Shown here one piece after another: positions 28,658 through 37,500 of a stretch of DNA of 64,000 bases (position 1 is its first letter; every line of letters starts with the position of its first letter). Origin of the DNA: Nostoc sp. DedSLP01 (GTDB taxonomy: Bacteria > Cyanobacteriota > Cyanobacteriia > Cyanobacteriales > Nostocaceae); contig JAVRCJ020000011.1 in the NCBI GenBank assembly GCA_034530875.2, forward strand, positions 128,001 to 192,000. The letters run 5' to 3'. A program made the position numbers and the translations under genes. The notes below the pieces were generated by a model. It was given only the letters and a program-made list of their open reading frames with translations, searched no databases and was not told the origin of the DNA.

Positions 28658-28659
28658 AC

Positions 28660-28684
28660 ATACCCGACAAATTTTGTCGGGTAT
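28660..28684. promoter_or_regulatory. Rrf2 (IscR/CymR)-like operator
   Basis: Perfect 12-1-12 palindrome ATACCCGACAAA-T-TTTGTCGGGTAT, resembling the IscR type-1 consensus ATASYYGACTRwwwYAGTCRRSTAT. Confidence 0.65.
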
Positions 28685-29508
28685 TTTGGGTAGTCACAGT
28701 AATAATTTTTGTAACATTCGGTTACTAATAAATTTTTGCATTTAGTATTTACACTTAGTAATTTTTGGTTATAAAAAAATCGCAGCTTGAGTTATTCCGT
28801 CTTAATACTGTTGGTAGTTAGAATTAAATTGCATTTTGGGTACGATCGATTTGCATATATCTAAAAGATCGCCAGTTTTTAGCGATCTAAATCGCTTTTT
28901 GAATTTATTCCACGACTCGCTCGAGTAAAGTGAATATATAACAGTAAAGAATCAAAAGTATTTCCAGATATAGATTTTAGTATTTTTGCTCTGGGATTGA
29001 AGATTCAAGTTGCTATTGATATTCCAACAATGAATTTGAATTTCAATTTTTATACACTCATTCACTGCTAGAGAAGTTACTTATTTATACGGTGGACTTT
29101 TCTTGCAGCAAAAGTTACATTTCTACTTGCATAAACAATTCAGCAGTACGCAACAGTAAGTTTCCCATAGTTGTGGTTACCAGCCTTGATTATCAACGGC
29201 GATCGCAAATTTAGATCGGCGAATTATTTGCAGGTATTGCATGAATATATATTCGTGAGGAGTGTCAATAACTGATAGCAGATTTCAAGAAGAGAGAAAA
29301 TATACAAATGAGGTTTCAAAGCTTGGCTTTAAACGTGCTTTACTACTGAATCTGATTCGCAGAATTCAGTAATTTTGGTTTAACTCCTCAAATCTGCATT
29401 CTCAAAAAATTAACGTTTTAGGCAAATATCATCGGTAATTCTTAAAAAATTGCCGAACTTTATCCTCTTTAAAATTCAGGACACAAGTTCAGCAAACAAA
29501 CAACACCT

Positions 29509-32043
29509 ATGGTAAAACAAAATAAATTTGTCAACAGGCAGCATCACCGCTATCAATCCTTAATAGCAACAGCATTATTAACTGGTAGCTTTTTCCAATT
29601 TGTTGCACCTGTATTAGCTGACGGAACTACTGCGGGTACGTCTATCAGTAATACAGCCACAGCAACCTACGAAGATCCCAACAGTCCAGGGACGACAATC
29701 AACGCCACTTCCAACACTGTGGTTGTCACCGTTGCAGAAGTTGCTGGTATCACCGTCAGTGCATCTGGTGTCACAGATACCACTGCTAGTCCTAGCAATA
29801 CAACAGTCCAAGCTGGCGATTTACTTATCTACACCTACACCTTGACCAACGTAGGTAACGACCCAACCAAATTCCACATTCCTAACCAAGCTACAACAAC
29901 CGGGCCAGGTACAGTTTCTGGTACATTACCAAATGGTGGTACAGCTAATAGCTTGCAATATAGTATCGACGGCGGTCAAAATTGGATAAACGTTCCCCAA
30001 GGCGGCATAGATACACCATCAGTTCCAGTTGGTGGCACTGTATTGGTGCGCGTACCAATTACTGTACAACCTGGTGCCCAAACCAATGATGTCATTACTG
30101 TTACCCTTGGTAATACTCCTGGTGACGCTCAAAACCAACTGCGGAGTCCTGATGGTGGCGACGTATTTACTGTAGATAATCCTGATGGTAGTCCTGGTGA
30201 GGTACCTGGCGCACCAGTTAACGGTACTCGGGAAGCTAGCGCCACCCAGCAAATTAAGGTTGGTTTAACGGTAAAGACCTACACGTTAGCCACCGTTCTC
30301 AAGATTCGCAGTGGTTATAACAATGCTGGCACGCCTGCAATTACAGACGATAAGCTGACTTACGATTTGAGTTTGCGAGTTGAGTCCAACGATCCCACAG
30401 GACAGGGAATCACACCAGCAGCTTTGACTGGCACCAATGTTCCTGGTCTTGCTGGTACTCATATTTTGGTTTCTGATGCCATTCCCGCAGGTACAGATTT
30501 GGCAGTAGCACCAACTCCGCCTCCTGGTTGGCAAACTGTTTATACCACTGACCCAGTTACAACTAATGCTAATGCAGCTACTTGGACTACAACACCACCA
30601 TCAGTCTTGGCTTCAGTAACTCGCGTTGGTTTTATCAATAATCCAGCAACAATTACTTCCATCGCTCCTGGTACGACGGTGACTGGCTTTTCGATTCAAG
30701 TCGCCGTTGAATTAAGTGCCACTTCACCTTTAACTATTGCTAATATTGCCCAATTATTTGGTCAAACACCAAGCAGCAATCTACCAGTATACGACGAATC
30801 GGGCGACCAAAATCCTAGCAACTACAACGGGCCTCCAGGTAGTATGATACCTCCCGCTGGTACAGATAGCAACAGCGATGGTGTTCCCGATACTCTACCA
30901 ACCGGCAGCGTTGATGATGGCTATATTAATACTCCAACAACTCCGGAAACTGGAACTGACGCAGGCAATAACAATAGTGGTGATGGTTCGCAAGGAGGTG
31001 AGGCGAACGTCATCACACTGCAAACACCTGTAGCTTCAGCAATACTCAACGGCCCGCAAAATGCACCGGATGCAACTGGGCCGTCAGGTGGAACCAACGA
31101 TGACTTCACGAATAAATCTTCTCTCGTTCCTCCTAATACTGCACCTGGTAGTACGCTCGATCCTCAGTCAGTTGGCTTCACAAACACAGTTAAGAATACT
31201 GGTACTGAGTCAGGGGTTTTGAAGATAGAGCCAACGCTACCAGGAGTTGCAGGAGATTTACCGAATAATACGAAGATAACGATTACCTATAATAGCCAGT
31301 CTGCTGTTTATACTTACAATAATGGAGTATTTACAACACCTGGGGCACCAATTACAATCCCTAACTTTGCTCCTAATGCAACTATCAACTATGGTGTAGA
31401 AGTTGATTTACCCGCAGGTACGCAGTTATCTACTGATATTAATAAAGGCTTCCCAGTACCCGTAACTGCTTCTATTGATAACTACACGACGGATAGTAAC
31501 GGAGATGGAATCAAGGATACTGGGAACGATAATGCCTTTGATTCATCCAACATCACCATCGATCGCGTCTACACTGGCTACCTGAAACTGTTGAAAATGT
31601 CACGAGTTCTACAAGGAACCGGGCCTGTAGTTCAAGGAAATGATGGCATCTTCAGTACTGACCCGAAAAAGCCTGCACCAGGAAACATTATTGAGTACCA
31701 AATTCAGTACAGCAATATTTCCGAGCCTCAATCTGGAACTGGTAACGTGATTTTGAATGCTAGCAAAGTTGTGATTATTGAAGATGGTACGCAAGGCTCC
31801 AACAACTGGGCAAAAGACAATGATGCCAGCGGTCAAATTGATACTAGCAACATTGTTGGTTCCGCCAAAGATTCTGGCAGTGCAACCATTCAATTCTTCA
31901 GCGGAAATCCAGCTACTAGCTCTGGTATCGACCAAACTGGAACTACGGTAAATACTGATGTCACCAAGTATGTTGATACTGTAACTGGTATCATCGCGCC
32001 GGGTGTTCAAAGAACATTTACCTTCCAACGTAAGGTCAACTAA
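29509..32043 (+). CDS. Secreted T/G/N/P-rich multi-Ig (DUF11-like) protein; putative major filament subunit
   Basis: Signal peptide ending PVLA; AGDLLIYTYTLTNVGN and PGNIIEYQIQYSN DUF11-type motifs; DxNxDG Ca-binding motifs. Confidence 0.75.
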   Translation: MVKQNKFVNRQHHRYQSLIATALLTGSFFQFVAPVLADGTTAGTSISNTATATYEDPNSPGTTINATSNTVVVTVAEVAGITVSASGVTDTTASPSNTTVQAGDLLIYTYTLTNVGNDPTKFHIPNQATTTGPGTVSGTLPNGGTANSLQYSIDGGQNWINVPQGGIDTPSVPVGGTVLVRVPITVQPGAQTNDVITVTLGNTPGDAQNQLRSPDGGDVFTVDNPDGSPGEVPGAPVNGTREASATQQIKVGLTVKTYTLATVLKIRSGYNNAGTPAITDDKLTYDLSLRVESNDPTGQGITPAALTGTNVPGLAGTHILVSDAIPAGTDLAVAPTPPPGWQTVYTTDPVTTNANAATWTTTPPSVLASVTRVGFINNPATITSIAPGTTVTGFSIQVAVELSATSPLTIANIAQLFGQTPSSNLPVYDESGDQNPSNYNGPPGSMIPPAGTDSNSDGVPDTLPTGSVDDGYINTPTTPETGTDAGNNNSGDGSQGGEANVITLQTPVASAILNGPQNAPDATGPSGGTNDDFTNKSSLVPPNTAPGSTLDPQSVGFTNTVKNTGTESGVLKIEPTLPGVAGDLPNNTKITITYNSQSAVYTYNNGVFTTPGAPITIPNFAPNATINYGVEVDLPAGTQLSTDINKGFPVPVTASIDNYTTDSNGDGIKDTGNDNAFDSSNITIDRVYTGYLKLLKMSRVLQGTGPVVQGNDGIFSTDPKKPAPGNIIEYQIQYSNISEPQSGTGNVILNASKVVIIEDGTQGSNNWAKDNDASGQIDTSNIVGSAKDSGSATIQFFSGNPATSSGIDQTGTTVNTDVTKYVDTVTGIIAPGVQRTFTFQRKVN

Positions 32044-32213
32044 TTTGTTGGGAGTGAGGGAGACAAGAGGACAAGGTAAATAACTCTTAAGTGAGTACTC
32101 CCAATGCCTAAAACCAGTTGACTTCACTCCTACAAAGCTCAAGCCAAGTGATTATTTATTAGCAAAAGCAGGGAAAAATAAGTCAATAATCAAAATTCTG
32201 GAAGTTATTTATT

Positions 32214-32777
32214 ATGAAGGGTGCTTATCTTAGAGGTTTCGGTGCGTTTGCACTAATAGCTACAGTTACATTTTTGGCTGAATTTCCCAGATTTACAAAT
32301 ATCTCGCATTCAGGAATTGCCTACGCTCAAAATACTAAAACTCAAGGGCAAATTCAATTGCGCTTAGAAGCCGAAAAGCTAGTCATAGCTCAAGATCGGC
32401 AGGGCAAACAAAGCCAGAAATGGGAACTTTTAAAAGGTCAAGCTGTAGTCCGACCGGGAGATGTATTGAGGTATACTTTGAGTGGCGAAAATCAAAGCGA
32501 TCGCCCAGTCAAAAATTTGATTCTCAATCAACCCATTCCCCGGGGGATGGTCTACGTACTGAAATCTGCAAATATAACTAATAATGGAAAAATTACTTAT
32601 AGCATTGATGGTGGGCGTAACTTCGTCGAAAACCCCACCGTTAAAGTTACTCTTTCTAACGGCAAAGTGGAAACTAAACCAGCGCCAGCCATTGCTTATA
32701 CCCACATCCGCATACAGATTCCGTCAGTTGCAGCAAAGACGGCAGTCAAAGCGACTTATCAAACGCAAGTGCGTTGA
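32214..32777 (+). CDS. Secreted single DUF11-domain protein
   Basis: Signal peptide ending AYA; RPGDVLRYTLSGEN, PIPRGMVYV and YSIDGG motifs. Confidence 0.8.
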   Translation: MKGAYLRGFGAFALIATVTFLAEFPRFTNISHSGIAYAQNTKTQGQIQLRLEAEKLVIAQDRQGKQSQKWELLKGQAVVRPGDVLRYTLSGENQSDRPVKNLILNQPIPRGMVYVLKSANITNNGKITYSIDGGRNFVENPTVKVTLSNGKVETKPAPAIAYTHIRIQIPSVAAKTAVKATYQTQVR

Positions 32778-32785
32778 TTGAAAGA

Positions 32786-32919
32786 AGAATTCAGGATTCA
32801 GAATTCAGAAGCAACAGCACTGGTAACAGTTATTCAGAGTTCATAACCTCGTTCCTGCTGCGTTATTTAACAGTTGTACATAATTCATTCTGAATTCTGA
32901 ATTCTGACTCCTGAATTCT
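32786..32919. repeat. Inverted heptamer (AGAATTC/TTCTGAA) repeat element inside the operon
   Basis: AGAATTCAGGATTCAGAATTCAGAA ... TTCTGAATTCTGAATTCTGACTCCTGAATTCT. Confidence 0.75.
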
Positions 32920-32950
32920 GTTTTTATAATTTTTTTATTAACAACAAGCT

Positions 32951-34513
32951 TTGCATCCAGAGGTGATGTGTTCGGTGAGCCGTCCTCAAAAACAAAAGCG
33001 AATTAATTCTAGTAGTATCTGGCATCAAAAATTAACAGCAATTCTTTTGCTAGGTAGTTTTTTACATAGTACTTTATCTCTATCTGTAAGAGCGCAACAA
33101 AATAACAATCTAGTTGCATCTGTGCCAATTACAAATCAAGCTAATTACACTTATACAGACCCAGCCAGTAATTATCAATATCAGGGAAATTCTAGTCAGC
33201 TTGACGTTACCCCCGATCCATTAGTTGACCCATTAGGGCGGATTTTAGGTTGTGCTGGAACGCTGTTACCAGACTATACAGGATTTTCAGTAGGGGTATA
33301 CGAACCTAATCCTAACGACCCCACGGGTACAGAATTAGGCAGTTTAGTTGCTTTAACTAGAACAGAGTTACCTGATATTCCTAATAACAATGTGCCTGGT
33401 GGAAAATCGCCAAATATTGAAAATAGTAATCCATATTTCATTACAAATAACCCTGCGGGCGTTTATAACTTTTTACTAGATCCAAACAAAGGGCAAACCG
33501 ATCCAGGTAGAATCTACATTTTTGTAGTTAATCCACCGCCGAATTCTATCTATACACAACGGCGAGTCAAGATTGAAATCCTTAATAGCGTTGGTTCGCA
33601 AGGTAACGATGTCGTGCGGTATCTTGCTACTTCTTTAGATGGTCAACCAATAAGTCTTACAGGTGAGACTAGGGTAGAACAAACAGTTGTTTTAGTTCCC
33701 AATGCAGAAGTAGTGGGGCTGGATTTATTAGCCTTTGAATTCACGACAAATTTGTGTCAAGCCAATCAATTGCAGATTATCAAAACAGGCGATCGCGCGA
33801 CTGCTGAACCTGGAGATACGGTTATCTACCGCCTATCGGTAAAAAATCTCTCTGATGCTGGTTTGAACAATGTAGTTATTACTGACAACCTACCTTTAGG
33901 ATTCCAGTTCTTGCCGAAATCTGTGCGGGGAGAGATGGATGGCGCAGCGGTTGCGATCGTATCAGAACGGAATGGCAACACGGTGATATTCCGAACAAGT
34001 ATGGCGGTTCCCGTAGGGAAAGTCTTGAATATTGCCTACGCTGCTCAATTAACGGGCGATGCTTTGCGTGGTACTGGCCGCAACAGTGCGATCGCTACTG
34101 CCCAACGAAGCGATAACGGTTTTAGCACTAAGGATGGCCCGGCAACTCACCAACTGAAAATTCGCCCTGGAATCGTTTCTGATTGTGGCACGATTATCGG
34201 CCGGGTGTTTGTCGATAAAAACTTTGATGGCGAACAACAGCGCGGCGAGCCTGGAATACCCAATGCAGTGGTTTTTCTAGAAGATGGTAACCGCATCACT
34301 ACAGATCCCAATGGTTTGTTCTCCTTAGCTAACGTTTTACCTGGGTATCACACAGGCGTACTCGACCTCAGCAGTGTAGCTGGTTATGCGTTAGCTCCCA
34401 ATAAAAAATTCCGCGAACGCAATAGCCAATCTCGCCTAGTGCATTTAGAACCGGGTGGCTTAGTACGCATGAACTTTGGTGTCACCCCATTTCAGGAGCC
34501 AGTCAAGAAATGA
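32951..34513 (+). CDS. Secreted DUF11 plus SdrD-B-like domain protein (putative adaptor)
   Basis: IIKTGDRATAEPGDTVIYRLSVKN...TDNLPLGF...GRNSAIA and GRVFVDKNFDGEQQRGEPGIPN motifs; start codon uncertain. Confidence 0.8.
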   Translation: MHPEVMCSVSRPQKQKRINSSSIWHQKLTAILLLGSFLHSTLSLSVRAQQNNNLVASVPITNQANYTYTDPASNYQYQGNSSQLDVTPDPLVDPLGRILGCAGTLLPDYTGFSVGVYEPNPNDPTGTELGSLVALTRTELPDIPNNNVPGGKSPNIENSNPYFITNNPAGVYNFLLDPNKGQTDPGRIYIFVVNPPPNSIYTQRRVKIEILNSVGSQGNDVVRYLATSLDGQPISLTGETRVEQTVVLVPNAEVVGLDLLAFEFTTNLCQANQLQIIKTGDRATAEPGDTVIYRLSVKNLSDAGLNNVVITDNLPLGFQFLPKSVRGEMDGAAVAIVSERNGNTVIFRTSMAVPVGKVLNIAYAAQLTGDALRGTGRNSAIATAQRSDNGFSTKDGPATHQLKIRPGIVSDCGTIIGRVFVDKNFDGEQQRGEPGIPNAVVFLEDGNRITTDPNGLFSLANVLPGYHTGVLDLSSVAGYALAPNKKFRERNSQSRLVHLEPGGLVRMNFGVTPFQEPVKK

Positions 34514-37500
34514 AACCTAGATTGCACTGTGCGACTATTTTCAACTTGAGGTCGATGGGGCTAATGCCGATAGCTCTCAGCCTCGTTTTGTATCCGGCCA
34601 TAGTTAAAGCAGAAGTCAGCCATGAAAAATTGCTTTTACAGGCAGAGAAGGGTGTCGAAGATCGAGCTGTTGAAAATAAAGTGGTTGAAAAAACTATGGG
34701 TGTGAATTCTGGGGTTGGTGATGCAGGAGATCGAAAGTTCGTGCAAATAAGCAAAGGCGCAAAGATTAAGAGAAGAATTCAGCAACGGGTAAATTCTTAT
34801 CGTTTGTTGGGAAGTTCTAGACAAGAGGTTAAACCTGTTGAATTGCGGCCATTTTCTTTAGCATCAGCTAGCGTTAGTTCAATTTCAGATGTCCAGGCAA
34901 TACAACCATTTCAACCAGCAAGTTCTGTGGAATTGCCTAAAGGGTTACGGAAAATTGCAGGAATTGAGGATAAGAAAGACCAATCTCCAAAGGAAATACA
35001 ACCATTTCAACCAGCAAGTTCTGTAGGTTTGCCCAAAGGGTTACGCAAAATTGCTAATGGGGACGTGGTGACAACGGGACAAGGGGAGGCTAAGGCAGAG
35101 GGACAAGGAGACAAGGAGACAACAGGACAAGAGGAGGCTAAGGCAGAGGGACAAGGAGACAAGGGGACAACAGGACAAGGGGAGGCTAAGGCAGAGGGAC
35201 AAGGAGACAAGGAGACAACAGGACAAGGGGAGGCTAAAGCACAAGGACAAGGTTTGAATGAGAATATGCCTGTGTCTTCACCTCCAGGGATTTCTACAGG
35301 AATCAAAATTCTGACTCCGACGGCTGACAGTGTTGTAGATGTACAAGCTACTACGGTGATTGTGCAGTTTCCTGCTGGTACTCAGGTGGAATTGCGAGTA
35401 AATGGGGTTTTGGTAGATGCTTCTTTGGTGGGGCGGACGGAAAGCGATGCGAGTACTAACTTAGTAACGCAGACATGGTATGGTGTTTCGTTACAAGAAG
35501 GCCAAAATACTATCTCAGCAAATGTTGTTGGCGGCAAGGAACCGCCTGTAACAGTGCAGGTGGCAGTTCGAGGAGCGCCGCAGCAACTAACTTTAGAAAC
35601 TGTTGAGTCTCGTATCCCGGCTGATGGACGTTCTACGGCTACAATCCAGGGTCAACTGCTCGATGCCAGTGGTAATCGCTCTAATTATGATGCTGTTGTG
35701 ACTTTGATACCTACTGCTGGGGACTTCGTGGAGAAAGATTTTCAACCCGATGAACCTGGATTTCAAGTGCAGGCGAAAGGAGGACAATTTAGAGCAACAT
35801 TGCGATCGCAATTGAAGGCGGAAACTGTCACAATCCGCGCCATCACTAATAATTTAGAAGCCTATACCCAACTGCAATTTGAAACGGCCTTACGTCCGAG
35901 TTTGCTGACTGGGGTCATAGATTTACGTTTGGGTGCAAGAGGTACAAATTATTATGGCAGTTTCCGCGATTTCATTCCTCCTGACAAAGACAATAGAACG
36001 CAATTAGATTTCCATTCAGCGATATTTGCCACCGGTACGATTGGAGAGTGGTTGTTTACGGGAGCATATAACAGTTCTCGGAATCTGAATGAAGATTGTA
36101 ACTGCGATAATCGCTTGTTTAGAACTTATCAATTTAGCGAGCAAAACTATCCTGTTTACGGTGATAGCTCGAAAGTTGATGCGGTCGCTCCTTCCATTGA
36201 CAGCGTATTTCTGCGTTTTGAGCGTTCAACCGGTATAGCTGGATCTGCTCCTGATTTTGCTATGTGGGGTGACTATAACACAGAAGAATTTGCGCGGCGA
36301 TCGCAGCAATTTACTTCTATAACTCGTCAGCTCCACGGTTTTAAAGCTAATTACAATTTAGGAAATTTACAAATTACAGGTTTTTACGGCAATAACTTAG
36401 AAGGATTCCAACGAGACACGATTGCTCCCGATGGTACTAGTGGTTATTATTTCCTTTCTCGCAGGCTCCTACAACCAGGTAGTGAAAATGTTTTTATCGA
36501 GTTAGAAGAACTCAATCGTCCTGGGACTGTATTGGAACGCAAACAGCTAAACCGAGGCCCAGACTACGAAATTGACTACGATCGCGGTACTTTATTATTC
36601 CGCGAACCGATTCTTCGTACCGATATTGATGAAAACGGACAAGTCTTGGTACGTCGGATTGTTGTTAGCTATCAATACGAAAGTGAAGACTCTGATAGCA
36701 ATATCTTTGCCGGTCGTTTGCAATATAATCTTTCCCGCGAACTGAATCGGGAAAGTTGGATTGGAGCAACTTACGTCCAAGAAAATCAAGGTGCGCGTGA
36801 TTTTCAACTCTACGGCGCGGACGCACTGATAGCTTTGGGTGACAAGGGTAAGCTAATCGCAGAATACGCTCATTCGAGTAATGATTCTGATGTTCTAGGA
36901 AGGGTTAGGGGTGATGCGTATCGCTTGGAAGCTGAGGGACAAATTACTAATGGCATTCAAGGACGTGCTTATTATCGGTTTGCCGATACAGGTTTTGCTA
37001 ACAATGCCACGATCAGCTTTGTACCAGGGCAAACTCGTTATGGGGCGCAGGTTATAGCTAAACTAAGTTCAACTACCACTGCCAGAGTCCAATACGATCA
37101 CGAAGACAATTTTGGTATTGCTCCCCAACCGCTAGATACTTTTGAAGAATTATTTGCACCCCGTAATGATGCCATACCAGGAAGTAAGGTTGATAATTCT
37201 CTGACGACAATTAGTGCTGGGATTCAACAACGTTTAGGTAGTGCCATCTTCGATCTAGATTGGATTCATAGGGATCGCCAAGACCGTATCTCACCCAACG
37301 CCTTGAGTGGTAATTCCGATCAATTGCGATCGCGTTTTACAGTTCCTATCGCTAAAAACTTGACTTTCCAAGCCCAAAACGAACTTAGTCTATCTTCCCA
37401 AAAAGATAGTGTTTATCCAGACCGTACTATCTTCGGGTTAAATTGGGCAGCAATTCCTGGCATCAATATTAGTCTGGCGCAACAGTTTTACAGTAGCGGT

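Noticed and set aside
28710..28726. Possible NtcA site
   Set aside because: Spacing is GTA-N9-TAC, not the canonical GTA-N8-TAC.
29415..29460. Possible c-di-GMP (GEMM) riboswitch starting GGCAAA
   Set aside because: No GAAA tetraloop stem or GACGCAAA junction follows.
31609..32142. 177-aa antisense ORF and other short antisense ORFs (e.g. 5554-6000, 16568-16975)
   Set aside because: Shadow frames of well-supported genes with no recognisable motifs.
35071..35253. Regularly spaced repeats resembling a CRISPR array
   Set aside because: Tandem 48-bp in-frame coding repeats with no unique spacers, and no cas genes in the window.
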